32,000 nt of DNA from Candidatus Methanophagaceae archaeon (GCA_003194425.1 PQXB01000003.1:30001-62000); one strand, 5' to 3'. Shown: positions 1 to 8,928, counted from the stretch's first letter. Made by a program: numbers and translations. Notes: a model not told the origin generated them from the letters alone.

Positions 1-306
1 CTCCGAGTCGGCGACGAGGTCACAGTTTACGGGTCTCTAAAGAAAGGGGCGGTAAATCTTGAGAAGTTGGAGGTGAGGAAATTGAACCTGCTGGAAGTGA
101 GGAATCCCAGGTGCGAGAGGTGCGGTAAGGCAATGAAATCGGCTGGCAGGTCGCAGGGCTACCGGTGCAAACGCTGCGGGACTTTCTGTGCGGAGAAGGA
201 GGTGAAGGAGGAGGAAAGGGGAGTTTTGAAGGGGTTTTACGAAGTCCCGCCGGTTGCGAGGCGGCATATTTCTAAACCCTTGGTTCGCACTCGTCCGAGC
301 AAATGA
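1..306 (+). CDS. tiaS: tRNA(Ile2) 2-agmatinylcytidine synthetase TiaS, C-terminal part (5' end outside window)
   Basis: Frame 1 is open from base 1 (LRVGDEVTVYGSLKKGAVNLEKLEV...), so the listed 67..306 ORF (TTG) is only the tail. An OB-fold-like segment is followed by a CxxC...CxxC zinc ribbon (CERCG...CKRCG) and an RRHISKP tail, as in TiaS/DUF1743 C-termini. The stop overlaps the next ATG (ATGA at 303-306). Confidence 0.55.
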   Translation, partial: LRVGDEVTVYGSLKKGAVNLEKLEVRKLNLLEVRNPRCERCGKAMKSAGRSQGYRCKRCGTFCAEKEVKEEERGVLKGFYEVPPVARRHISKPLVRTRPSK

Positions 307-956
307 TTTTTGAGACGCTGGGAAGGGCGGTAGTAATTTTTGCAGTAGCGTTCGCGGTTCTCTTAGTACTCGCGCTCCTCTTCTGCCTTTTCATTTTTCA
401 CACCAACCGAATAATTTTCCCGAACTTCGTGCTATTCGCAACAAGCCTGCTTTACGAGCCTTTACGCAGGCTGCTCTCGTTCTTTCGTGTTGACCCGACG
501 CTGATTGACCGCGTCTCGGTAGAAATAAGAAACGCACTTAACTACCACGAGTTTGCGGCTACGCGTGTGGACGAGCGAGTTTTACTGCTACCGCAGTGCC
601 TCCGCAGTCCTGAGTGTCCTGCGAAACTGAGTGCGGTGGACGGGCTTCACTGTGCGGGAAAAGAGGCGTGCGGGCGGTGTGCGATCGCGGAGCTGAGCGC
701 TGCCTGCGAGGAGCTCGGGGTCAAGGTCTTCGTCTCGCCAGGCGGGACATTTGCAAAGCGGATTCTCCTGCAGAGCCAACCAAAAGCGGTGGTTGGCGTT
801 GCCTGCTACAACAACCTCGCTGAAGGAATGTTGAACGCAAAACTCGTGGGTGTTCCAGCGCAGGGAGTGCCTCTCACGACCCCGGGCTGCGTTAGCACCA
901 CCGTCGACATTGACAAAATAATTGAGAAGTGCAAAATGCAAAAGGAAACGAAATGA
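303..956 (+). CDS. DUF116-family Cys-rich membrane-anchored protein, paralog 1
   Basis: ATG start. N-terminal hydrophobic helix, then LLLPQCLRSPECPAK...CGRC...VVGVAC...PGC with 8 cysteines conserved with the next ORF. Pattern recalled from the DUF116 (COG1852) family. Confidence 0.6.
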   Translation: MIFETLGRAVVIFAVAFAVLLVLALLFCLFIFHTNRIIFPNFVLFATSLLYEPLRRLLSFFRVDPTLIDRVSVEIRNALNYHEFAATRVDERVLLLPQCLRSPECPAKLSAVDGLHCAGKEACGRCAIAELSAACEELGVKVFVSPGGTFAKRILLQSQPKAVVGVACYNNLAEGMLNAKLVGVPAQGVPLTTPGCVSTTVDIDKIIEKCKMQKETK

Positions 957-971
957 AAAAGAGGATAAAAA

Positions 972-1640
972 ATGATTTATGAGTGGGTAGGGAAGATTTT
1001 TGTAGTCGCGGTTGGCGTGTTGGCGGCGTTAATTCTGACCGCTGTCTGCCTCGCGATTTACAAAAGAGACCTGTTCCCGAGGTTCACGCTCTCCGTGCTC
1101 AACCTCTTCTACCAGCCCGCCAAACTGCTGTTCGGCTACTTCCGCGTAAATCCCGTGCTCGTGGACGAGCTCGGAATTGCACTGATGAACTCGGTTTACC
1201 GAGACGCGTACGGGAAGACGCCGTTGGAGAGGCGGTTGTTGTTTCTGCCGCAGTGCCTTCGCAGTCTGGAGTGCCCGGCGAAGACCTCGTCGCAGGAGGG
1301 AATAATTTGTAGGGAGTGTGGCAAGTGCGGGATTTCGGAGATTAAGCGGCTCTGCGACGAGCACGGAGTGGGGCTTTGCATTGCTCCCGGCGGTGAGTTC
1401 GTGAAGCGGGCGGTGAGGGACAAGAAGCCGCAGGCTGCGGTCGGCGTTGCGTGTCAGCACGACCTTTACGAGACGATGAAATATGTCACTTCGCAGGGCG
1501 TGCCGATGCTCGGCGTGCTGCTTTCAAAGACCGGCTGTGTGCTGACCGAGGTGGACTGGGAGGAGGTGAAAAGGGTGTTAGATTTAACTTTAGCTCACGC
1601 CAATTATCGCACTGTTCCCCGTGGGGTCGTCAATTATTAA
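972..1640 (+). CDS. DUF116-family Cys-rich membrane-anchored protein, paralog 2
   Basis: ATG preceded by GAGGA. LFLPQCLRSLECPAK...CRECGKCG...AVGVAC...TGC is colinear with 303..956 over the whole length. The 3' end overlaps the convergent ZPR1-like gene by 51 nt. Confidence 0.6.
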   Translation: MIYEWVGKIFVVAVGVLAALILTAVCLAIYKRDLFPRFTLSVLNLFYQPAKLLFGYFRVNPVLVDELGIALMNSVYRDAYGKTPLERRLLFLPQCLRSLECPAKTSSQEGIICRECGKCGISEIKRLCDEHGVGLCIAPGGEFVKRAVRDKKPQAAVGVACQHDLYETMKYVTSQGVPMLGVLLSKTGCVLTEVDWEEVKRVLDLTLAHANYRTVPRGVVNY

Positions 1641-2096
1641 AGTCACTTTCTCCTCTCCTTCGCCCGATTTTATTTTCTCTAACCGCTTCAAAACCGCTTC
1701 TGCACGCTTCTTTTCTTCGTTCCTTGCATTTCTGCTCAGCATTTTCACCACCTTCTCCACCCGCTTCAAGACGCCTTCAACCGTAGAAATAAACGCCTCC
1801 CCTCTCCTCGGCTCTACGCTGACGCCCAGCTCGGGAATTTCAATCCGCCCGAACGACGACCTCACTACCCGAGCATTTAAGTCCCGCACCGACGAAATCT
1901 CAAACTCGCACCTCCTTCCCCGCCCACTCCGCTCTCCGCTCTCTCCCTCCCCCGCCAGCAACATCAAATCGGCAGACCGAAACCCACACAAGGGGCAGAC
2001 AGCGGTAAAAAAAAGAGCCTCGCCAAAGTGCGGGATTTCGTACGGCAGAAACTCCAACTCGCTCTCCGCCCCGCAAATCGGGCAACGCTCCTTCAC
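1590..2096 (-). CDS. ZPR1-type C4 zinc-finger protein
   Basis: CPICG...(IPHFGE)...CPLCG zinc finger followed by a beta-rich domain ending IDDPTGNS, as in archaeal ZPR1-like proteins (COG1779). GTG start lies 4 nt after the sepF stop. Carries a GEGESGERSGRGRR low-complexity insert. Confidence 0.7.
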   Translation of the reverse strand: MKERCPICGAESELEFLPYEIPHFGEALFFTAVCPLCGFRSADLMLLAGEGESGERSGRGRRCEFEISSVRDLNARVVRSSFGRIEIPELGVSVEPRRGEAFISTVEGVLKRVEKVVKMLSRNARNEEKKRAEAVLKRLEKIKSGEGEEKVTLIIDDPTGNSAIIGVS

Positions 2097-2100
2097 CTCC

Positions 2101-2505
2101 CTACCTCACATTCAACTTCTTCCGTTCCAACTTAATCCCAGTCGGCGCTACAACAACCAGGTCGTCTCCAATTCCCGCAATGTCGCCTCGCACATCAAGC
2201 GCCGCCATTTTCAAGTCTTTCACCGCCTTCTCTACTAAAACCTTGTCCTGCTTCGCCCGCGAAATGTCCAAGATTAAAATATTGCCCGCGTAAATTTCCT
2301 TCTTTAACTCAGGAATGTCAAACAGACCCGTCAACTCCGCCGTTTTTATGTACAACCTCGCACGTTCGTCCTCCAGGTCCTCCTCGTACTCCTCAATGTC
2401 CAAGTCCAGGTAGTCCTTTTCAATCCCTACCCCTTCCCCTTCTCCTACCCCTCCCTCTCTCTTCCCCTTCGGAAGCAGCTTTCCTAAACCGCCTTTTAGC
2501 CTCAT
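2101..2505 (-). CDS. sepF: cell division protein SepF (archaeal FtsZ anchor)
   Basis: C-terminal core YIKTAEL...GNILILDISRAKQD...GDIAGIGDDLVVVAPTGIKLER matches the SepF/DUF552 pattern. Basic N-terminus MRLKGGLGKLLPKGK is followed by a GVGEGEGVG linker. Confidence 0.7.
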   Translation of the reverse strand: MRLKGGLGKLLPKGKREGGVGEGEGVGIEKDYLDLDIEEYEEDLEDERARLYIKTAELTGLFDIPELKKEIYAGNILILDISRAKQDKVLVEKAVKDLKMAALDVRGDIAGIGDDLVVVAPTGIKLERKKLNVR

Positions 2506-2534
2506 TTTCCCCTTCCCTCTCCTTTTCTCCTCAT

Positions 2535-3416
2535 TTATTTAAATAAAAAAATCTTCTCTTTTATCCTTTTTATCCGCCCAACCACTTCCGCAGTTGCGCC
2601 TGCTTCCGCGTCCAACGGAGCCGTCCCTTCCAAATCCGCCTTCACCAACGCCTGCTCGTAAGGAATGGTCTCAAGCAGCGGAATGCCGAACTCCCGCAAC
2701 TTCGCCTCCACCTTCTCCACCGCACCCGAGTCCGTAACCTTGTTCAGCACCGCCACGACTTTTTTAATACCAATGTCTTCGGCGAGTTTTTTTATTCTGT
2801 CCACCGTCTCAACTGACCTCATTCCCGGCTCCACCACAGCAAGCATCAAGTCAACGCCCTTCGCAGTCCCCCGCCCCAAATGCTCTACGCCCGCTTCCAT
2901 ATCCAGCACGACCGTGCTCTCGCGCTCCTTGAACAACAAATGCCGCAGCAGAGCGCGTAGAAAAGCGTTCTCAGGGCAGACGCACCCCGTCCCGCCCTGC
3001 ACCACCGTTCCCATCACCAGCAGCGTCACTCCATCCGGACCCCTCGCACCGTACCGCTCAATTATGTCGCTCACCTTCGGGTTCAGCCTGTAGACGCCAG
3101 TCCAGGCGGCAGAGGCAGAAGCAGAGGCAGAGCCAGAGCCAGAGGCAGAGGCAGAGCCAGAGCCAGAGGCAGAGGCAGAGCCAGAGCCAGAGGCAGAAGC
3201 ACCAGCAGCAGTCCGCTCGAAAATCAAGTCCTTCAGTTCCGAAATCGGCGCAGGGTTCTCTTTAACGCCCAACGCGAACTTCAAATTCATCGCAGGGTCG
3301 GCGTCTACTGCAACTACGGTTTCCCCTTCCTTCGCCTCCCTTGCGAAAAGGCGAGCCAACGTGCCCGCGATCGTCGTCTTGCCGACTCCTCCTTTTCCCG
3401 CAACCGCTATTTTCAT
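2535..3416 (-). CDS. cooC: CooC-type nickel-insertion P-loop ATPase (MinD/ParA superfamily)
   Basis: N-terminal deviant Walker A (KIAVAGKGGVGKTT) and the CooC-type GCVCP (CxC) motif. Carries a 31-aa (AS/GS)n insert. Confidence 0.75.
   Translation of the reverse strand: MKIAVAGKGGVGKTTIAGTLARLFAREAKEGETVVAVDADPAMNLKFALGVKENPAPISELKDLIFERTAAGASASGSGSASASGSGSASASGSGSASASASAAWTGVYRLNPKVSDIIERYGARGPDGVTLLVMGTVVQGGTGCVCPENAFLRALLRHLLFKERESTVVLDMEAGVEHLGRGTAKGVDLMLAVVEPGMRSVETVDRIKKLAEDIGIKKVVAVLNKVTDSGAVEKVEAKLREFGIPLLETIPYEQALVKADLEGTAPLDAEAGATAEVVGRIKRIKEKIFLFK
3109..3200. repeat. hexamer array with 24-nt higher-order unit (gcagaggcagagccagagccagag x3 perfect, 3121-3192) inside cooC
   Basis: Read directly. 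Encodes ASASGSGS repeats on the minus strand. Confidence 0.95.
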
Positions 3417-3441
3417 TCTTACTTCAACAAACCTCCCTCCT

Positions 3442-3714
3442 TCACGGCGAGAGAATTTCCATTACTTTCACCGCAACGATTAGTGCGAAAATAATTAGCA
3501 TCGGCACGATTGTGATTGCCAGGCTTCCTGTCAGAGATTTTAGCCGCTCCTTGACGAGGGGGTTGTAGACTTCATTTTCGTAGGCGCTGCTCAGCTCCTT
3601 GGCGATCAACGCGAAAATCAAGATCCATGTACCAATTACACTCAAAGCGGCTGTGATTCCTAACGAGGTGGTGGCAACTACTACGGTAGTAGTGGTAACG
3701 GTGATGACGCTCAT
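3442..3714 (-). CDS. small hypothetical membrane protein (2 TM)
   Basis: The ORF track starts at TTG 3738; the first ATG is at 3714. Two hydrophobic segments and a T/V-rich N-terminus. No family recognised. Confidence 0.35.
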   Translation of the reverse strand: MSVITVTTTTVVVATTSLGITAALSVIGTWILIFALIAKELSSAYENEVYNPLVKERLKSLTGSLAITIVPMLIIFALIVAVKVMEILSP

Positions 3715-3793
3715 TTTTTTCTTATATTTATAGGACAAGGGGCTTTAAATAGTTTTTGTAGTTAAAATAAAACAGGTGCAAGAGGAGCTAAAA

Positions 3794-5434
3794 ATGGAGT
3801 TGGAATATTTGTTGGCGGGGCTGTACGCATTTCTGATTTACTGGGTTGTCGTGTTAGTTCTAAACAAGCGGGGCGTTCTGCAGCGGTACAACATCGCCGC
3901 GTTCGGACCGATTTTGATGTTAAGGACGACGCGAGGGCAGAAGTTGTTGGAGTGGTTGGCGAGGGGGCGAGCAAGAGAACGGTTTTGGCGGGCGTTCGCA
4001 AACATAGGGACGGTTTTAGTGTTTTTCGCGATGGTTTTTATGTTTGCTCTCGTCGTGCTCGGAGCGGTTGCTACTTTCACGGTTCAGCCGGAGCTGACGG
4101 AGTTGCACTCGCCCAAGAACTGGCTGCTTATTCCGGGGTTGAACGATTTTATTCCGCTCTGTGCTTGGTTTGGGTTTGTGGTTGCGTTGGTGGTGCACGA
4201 GCTCGCTCACGCGGTCTTGAGCACGGTGGAGGGGATAAAAGTGAAGTCAATGGGGCTTTTGGTCGCAGTTGTGCCTGTAGGAGCGTTCGCAGAGCCAGAC
4301 AGCGAGCAACTCTTCGGCGAGAAAGAGGAAGGGAAAGTGAAAGTAAAAGTGAAACCAAAAGCAACAGCCCGCGAGAGAACCCGAATTCTCGCTGCAGGCG
4401 TGACGAGCAACTTCTTCGTGGCTTTCCTCGCTTTTGCTCTCTTCTTCTCGATTTTGTCCGCGGTTCAGCCGGTCAGCGAGGAGGTGCTGTTTGTTCAGGA
4501 GGTGGTGCCAGGCAGCACAGCGGAGAAGGCAGGACTGCAGCCCGGAATGTTCGTCACAAAGGTCAAGAACACAAGCACGGCGGAAGTGAATCTGGACAGA
4601 GCGGTCGAGCGGAGAGAAGCGGTTGTTTTAAGCGTCTTAGACAAAACAGGGAAGGCGAGCGAGGTAGCGGTGGAAGGGGGTTACGAAAGTGAGGGCGTTA
4701 GAGTAGTGCAAGTTGTGGACGGGTTTCCAGCCGCGGACGCGGGCATTTGTGCAGGAATGAGTATAATAAAAATGGACGGCGTGAATGTCAGTGGCTACCG
4801 CGATTTTCGAAATTTTATGCAGCACACCGTTCCGGGTCAGACCGTAGAAGTGCAGACGAAAGGCGGCGAGAAGTTCTCTGTAAAGTTAGCAGTAGCCCCG
4901 AACGGGAGCGAGGACGAAGACGAGGCAAAAGGCTTCTTGGGTGTCTCGCTTCTCGCAAACAACGGATTAGGAATCTGCGTTACTGAGTTTCCAACGAGAG
5001 GCTACTTGGAACACCTGCGGAGCATTCCCTCCTCTCTCGCGTCGTTTTCAAGTCACAGCAGAGGCTGGCTGTGGCTGACAGCCCTACCATTTTTACCACC
5101 TCCCAACGGCTTCCGCAGTTTCAACCCTCTGCTCTCGCATTTCTACGAGCCAGTGGGTACTGCAGCGTCGTTTCTGGGCGACGGTATTTTCGTGGTCGCT
5201 GACTTGCTGTTTTGGGTGGGCTGGATAAATTTTTATGTCGGGCTGTTTAACTGCCTGCCCGCGGTTCCTCTCGACGGCGGCTACGTGTTCCGCGAGCTGC
5301 TGAACCCTGTGCTGCGGCTGGGCATAAAAGACGAGCGGAGGAAAGAGAAGGTCTCAAAAGCAATTACCGCAGCGCTCGCGCTTTTTGTCGCCGCTTCCAT
5401 CGCCTTCACTCTGGTCGGCCCTCGTCTCTTGTAA
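3794..5434 (+). CDS. site-2 protease family (M50) zinc metalloprotease with PDZ domains
   Basis: HELAH (HExxH) in a TM helix, two PDZ-like segments (GSTAEKAGLQPGM, FPAADAGICAGM) and the C-terminal NCLPAVPLDGG motif. ATG 3794 with GAGGAG 7 nt upstream is preferred over GTG 3776. Confidence 0.85.
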   Translation: MELEYLLAGLYAFLIYWVVVLVLNKRGVLQRYNIAAFGPILMLRTTRGQKLLEWLARGRARERFWRAFANIGTVLVFFAMVFMFALVVLGAVATFTVQPELTELHSPKNWLLIPGLNDFIPLCAWFGFVVALVVHELAHAVLSTVEGIKVKSMGLLVAVVPVGAFAEPDSEQLFGEKEEGKVKVKVKPKATARERTRILAAGVTSNFFVAFLAFALFFSILSAVQPVSEEVLFVQEVVPGSTAEKAGLQPGMFVTKVKNTSTAEVNLDRAVERREAVVLSVLDKTGKASEVAVEGGYESEGVRVVQVVDGFPAADAGICAGMSIIKMDGVNVSGYRDFRNFMQHTVPGQTVEVQTKGGEKFSVKLAVAPNGSEDEDEAKGFLGVSLLANNGLGICVTEFPTRGYLEHLRSIPSSLASFSSHSRGWLWLTALPFLPPPNGFRSFNPLLSHFYEPVGTAASFLGDGIFVVADLLFWVGWINFYVGLFNCLPAVPLDGGYVFRELLNPVLRLGIKDERRKEKVSKAITAALALFVAASIAFTLVGPRLL

Positions 5435-5467
5435 CCCTCTCCCTCATTTCACGAAGTCTCTTCTAAC

Positions 5468-5983
5468 TTATTTCACGAAAACGCGGATTACATCGGCTCT
5501 CGCGATTATTCCGACCAGCCTGCCGCCCCTTCTTCCGCCGCCCGCCTCCACCTCGTTGACCACAGGAATCCTGTTAAAGTCGTTCTTGTGCATTATCCGA
5601 GCAGCGTCCGAGATTGAGGCGTCGGGCGAAATCGTTACCGGCTTTCTCGTCATCACTTCCCTCACCTCCCCCTCAAACAACGCCGCAACCTCCTCTGGAA
5701 CCCGCTCCACCTCTTTAAAGTAGGCGGAGATAGGGAAGACGCCAAAAGGGTTGAGCGGGTCGACGACGGGGAACGGAATTGTCGCGTTCAATTTCATAAT
5801 GTCCGCCTCGCTAACCACGCCGACAACCCTTCCCTGCTCGTCAACCACTGGCGCACCGCTAATTCTCTTCGCCCTGAGCGTCTCTGCGACTTCCCTAATC
5901 TTGTCGCTGGGCTTGAACGTCACTACTTCGGTCGTCATCAAGTCCTTGACCTTTACATTTAGTTTTGCTTTTGTTTTTTGCAT
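5468..5983 (-). CDS. CBS domain pair protein
   Basis: Two CBS motifs (ISGAPVVDEQGRVVGVVSEADI; FNRIPVV...LVGIIARADV). ATG start lies 5 nt after the upstream CBS gene's stop. Confidence 0.8.
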   Translation of the reverse strand: MQKTKAKLNVKVKDLMTTEVVTFKPSDKIREVAETLRAKRISGAPVVDEQGRVVGVVSEADIMKLNATIPFPVVDPLNPFGVFPISAYFKEVERVPEEVAALFEGEVREVMTRKPVTISPDASISDAARIMHKNDFNRIPVVNEVEAGGGRRGGRLVGIIARADVIRVFVK

Positions 5984-5988
5984 TTTCC

Positions 5989-6474
5989 TTACACGTCGTA
6001 AAGCGAGGCGATTATGTCCGCCCTCGTAACAATTCCGACCAACCTGCCCGTTCCCTCGCTGTCCACAACGGGCAACCTGTTGAAGCCCGTGTAGTGCATA
6101 ACAAACGCAGCGTCGTCAATCGAAGTGTTCGGCGAGACCGTTCGAGGATCCTTTGACATTACTTCTTTCACTCTCGTCTCCCCCGCTCTCTCGATCTCCT
6201 GCTGCAGATCGTGCAACTTCTCGCCACCGCCACCACGGCCACGCAAATGCAGAATCTCCAGAGCAGTGAAGAACGGCGTGTACCACTTGAAATTGTCCAA
6301 GAGCTTCAAAATGTCCGCCTCGCTAACCACTCCAACCACCTCCCCTCGTTCGTTCACAACCGGCGCACCCGATATCTTCTTCTCTCTGAAGACCTCCGCG
6401 ACCCTAACCACCGTGTCCTCCTCTTTCACCGTAACCACCTCCCTCGTCATAATTTCCTCCACTTTCTCCTTCAT
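5989..6474 (-). CDS. CBS domain pair protein
   Basis: ISGAPVVNERGEVVGVVSEADI and FNRLPVVDSEGTGRLVGIVTRADI. The track start is TTG 6525; ATG 6474 (MKEKVEEIMTREVV) is more plausible. Contains an RGRGGGGEK insert. Confidence 0.8.
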   Translation of the reverse strand: MKEKVEEIMTREVVTVKEEDTVVRVAEVFREKKISGAPVVNERGEVVGVVSEADILKLLDNFKWYTPFFTALEILHLRGRGGGGEKLHDLQQEIERAGETRVKEVMSKDPRTVSPNTSIDDAAFVMHYTGFNRLPVVDSEGTGRLVGIVTRADIIASLYDV

Positions 6475-6500
6475 TTTTCCTTTTTTACTCTCCCCGTACT

Positions 6501-6567
6501 CTCTTACCCCTTCACTACTCTCCAATCTACACTACTCTTACCCCTTCACTACTCTTACCCCTTCACT
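6501..6567. repeat. intergenic 17-nt repeat (actcttaccccttcact x2 tandem at 6534-6567, plus a third copy at 6501-6520)
   Basis: Read directly. Lies between the DUF106 stop and the CBS gene ATG. Confidence 0.9.
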
Positions 6568-6591
6568 ACTCTTCAACTTACATTCCAACCC

Positions 6592-7278
6592 CTACACCGC
6601 ACTCCTTATCCCCAACGCTTTTCTAATCACAACTGTCAAAGGAAACGAGCAGACGAGATACCAGAACATCCAGTACGGCAGGGAGAAGACAAAAGTCTCC
6701 GTGAGTTCTTTCGTTCCGATTAGAGGAAAAATCACCGTTCCGCCGCCGGAATAAACTGCTGCGTACTTCCAGAGCCACATAAAAACTGGAAAAGTGATAA
6801 TGCCGATGTAAGCCATCGGTTTCATCTGCTGCTTCATCAACTCGCCCGAGAACTGCGCCTGCTTGCTCATCACCTCCGCCCGCCTCTTCTCAAGCCGCTT
6901 CATCCTGTGGCTGTTCTTCTCCTTCCTCGCCTCAAAATACTCCTTCTGAATCTCCCGCATCTGCTTCTGATATTTCTTCGACTTCTCCATCAGTTCCCAG
7001 TTCATCGTGTATTTCTGCACTAGCGAGGTGTAAATGCCTGTGACCACGGTTAAGAGCAGGACAGTAACCAAGAAATTATCAGGACCCACGAACTCTGCGA
7101 GCGGTCCAAGAACGACGTTCAGGGCAGTCCCCATTTTTTCGCGGAGCCCTGGAATTATGACAATGCCGAACAGGACGAAGAAACCCAAGCCCATTCCTGC
7201 TCCCTCTACAAGCTTCTTCAACTGCTCTCTCTTTTTCTTTTCTTTCTGCTCTGCCTGTTTATTTTTCTTGGTTGCCAT
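6592..7278 (-). CDS. DUF106 / archaeal YidC-Oxa1-like (EMC3/TMCO1 family) membrane protein
   Basis: TM helix, a long K/E/R-rich coiled segment (KKYQKQMREIQKEY...KRLEKRRAEVM), then two more TM helices, the DUF106 topology. Confidence 0.6.
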   Translation of the reverse strand: MATKKNKQAEQKEKKKREQLKKLVEGAGMGLGFFVLFGIVIIPGLREKMGTALNVVLGPLAEFVGPDNFLVTVLLLTVVTGIYTSLVQKYTMNWELMEKSKKYQKQMREIQKEYFEARKEKNSHRMKRLEKRRAEVMSKQAQFSGELMKQQMKPMAYIGIITFPVFMWLWKYAAVYSGGGTVIFPLIGTKELTETFVFSLPYWMFWYLVCSFPLTVVIRKALGIRSAV

Positions 7279-7366
7279 TTTCTTGTCTCTGTTTGTTAAG
7301 AGTTTGAGAAATAAAAGAGAAGAGCAAGTATTTAAAGTTTAAGTAAAGGAAAAAAGAGGAGCGGAA

Positions 7367-8098
7367 ATGTTTGTTTTTGGGCATCTCGGGGTAACGCTGG
7401 GAGTCGTATTTTTGGCGCTACGGCTCTTAAAATTAAGAACAAAACTTGAAATCAAGTTCAACCGCCGTCTCTATCTTTTTGTCTTCACGGGCTCGCTCTT
7501 GCCTGATTTAATTGACAAGCCAGTAGGCGAGATTTTGCTGGCAGGTTCAATCTCAAACGGCAGAATCTTCGCCCACACGCTCCTCTTCAACTTTCTCCTG
7601 CTACTCTTTTGTCTTTGGCTGTACAAGCGAAGCGGCAGCCGAGAAGGGAGAGAAGGGAGCAGAGAAGAGAGAGAAGGGAGAGAAGGGAGCAGAGAAGAGA
7701 GAGAAGGGAGAGAAGGGAGCAGAGAAGAGAGAGAAGGGAGAGAAGGGAGCAGAGAAGAGAGAGGGCTAGGAGGAAACAAGAATGGTTTTGGGTTTCTGCT
7801 CTTCAGTTTTGCTTCTTTTCTTCACCTCTGCGAGGATCGGATGTGGCTCACTCCAGAGACGCTGTTCTTCCCTGTTTTTGGGTTTGAGTTTCCGCAAGGC
7901 GCGGTAGAATCGCACTGGTGGGACTTTTTTTTAGGCTGCTTTTTCGGGACTTACTCGCCTTTGAGGGGTGCTGAACTCTCGTACGTGTTTGTCTCTGAAA
8001 TGGTAGGCTTTTCGGTCCTGCTGGCGTTCGGTTTGCATCATTTCCACAGTTTTATCCTCCGCTACCGAATGTCGAACCAGAGGTGGAGTTCGCGGTAA
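7367..8098 (+). CDS. membrane-bound metal-dependent hydrolase-like protein (DUF457/YdjM-like)
   Basis: N-terminal FGHLG...SLLPDLIDKP pattern and a polytopic membrane profile. Interrupted by a 40-aa (EGREGSREER)4 insert. Confidence 0.45.
   Translation: MFVFGHLGVTLGVVFLALRLLKLRTKLEIKFNRRLYLFVFTGSLLPDLIDKPVGEILLAGSISNGRIFAHTLLFNFLLLLFCLWLYKRSGSREGREGSREEREGREGSREEREGREGSREEREGREGSREERGLGGNKNGFGFLLFSFASFLHLCEDRMWLTPETLFFPVFGFEFPQGAVESHWWDFFLGCFFGTYSPLRGAELSYVFVSEMVGFSVLLAFGLHHFHSFILRYRMSNQRWSSR
7641..7760. repeat. 30-nt tandem repeat x4, perfect (gagaagggagagaagggagcagagaagaga)
   Basis: Read directly. In frame in the DUF457-like gene; encodes (EGREGSREER)4. Confidence 0.97.
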
Positions 8099-8826
8099 GG
8101 CTCGGCTGCTGCAGCATTTTCACTTGGATTTCCGCTTAGTCTGAACAAGAGGAACTCCAGTTTCTTCATTCCGTAAATGTCCAACCAGCCGTCGTCCTTC
8201 TTTTTGACTTTTAGCCCGTAAGTTTTGTTGCTGCCGCTGATTTTTACGGTCGCTCTTTCCTCTTCCGTGTCGAGAACTATTCTGGCAAAGTTTTCGTCCT
8301 TAACAATGAAAATATTTTCCTCGTCCGCGGACTTGAAGATTTCCACACCCTCTTCTCCCGCCCACTCAATTTCAAGCGCGTCCACGAGGTAGTTTAAGAG
8401 CTGCTCGCTCTCGTCTCCGGGAACGTTCTGCCAGCGAAATAAGTAAGTTCCGTACACTTTACCTTCTCCTGCCCCTGTTCCTGACGCGGTAAAAGAAAAA
8501 GGGAACTCCACAGTTTCGTTGTGTGGCAGCCGTATTTTCTTCTCGGCGATTGTTTTGTTTTCCACCACCACCCTGAGCAGGTAGGAGACGTTCTCGTATT
8601 CGTGGTTGCCCACGCCAATTATTAGATTTCCCTGCTCGCCTGCTGAAAGGCTTGAGGGGTAGCCAGCCGCTTTACCGCTCTCGTTGAGAATGTAGAATTC
8701 GGTGAATTCTTCGCCCTTCTTTGGCGTTACGACCACATAAATAATGAGCACAAGTGCTACGAGAATAGAAATAATCAGGAGTGCGGAGAGGATTTTGTCA
8801 CGAGTTTTCGGTTTAGACTTGGGCAT
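8062..8826 (-). CDS. DUF1616-like archaeal membrane/surface protein
   Basis: Start moved to internal ATG 8826 (MPKSKPKTRDKILSALLIISILVALVLIIYVV...TEFYILNESGKA...GVGNHEY), typical of DUF1616. The longer 8940 form would translate a polypurine tract as S/P-rich sequence. Confidence 0.45.
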   Translation of the reverse strand: MPKSKPKTRDKILSALLIISILVALVLIIYVVVTPKKGEEFTEFYILNESGKAAGYPSSLSAGEQGNLIIGVGNHEYENVSYLLRVVVENKTIAEKKIRLPHNETVEFPFSFTASGTGAGEGKVYGTYLFRWQNVPGDESEQLLNYLVDALEIEWAGEEGVEIFKSADEENIFIVKDENFARIVLDTEEERATVKISGSNKTYGLKVKKKDDGWLDIYGMKKLEFLLFRLSGNPSENAAAAEPYRELHLWFDIR

Positions 8827-8853
8827 AGAAAATTTTAGAGCGTTTAGAGCGGT

Positions 8854-8928
8854 GAGAGGAGAAGGAGAGGAGAAGGAGAGGTGTGGAAAAGGAGGAGAAG
8901 GAGGAGAGGAGAGGGAGAGAGAGGAAAG
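8854..8928. repeat. ~75-nt polypurine/polypyrimidine tract (interrupted only by tgt at 8882-8884)
   Basis: Read directly. Lies between the mtd stop and the preferred DUF1616 start. Confidence 0.9.

Noticed and set aside
3952-4692. 246-aa alternative-frame ORF inside the S2P protease gene
   Set aside because: Same strand but a different frame, with an R/G/S-rich translation. The annotated frame carries HExxH, PDZ and LDG motifs.
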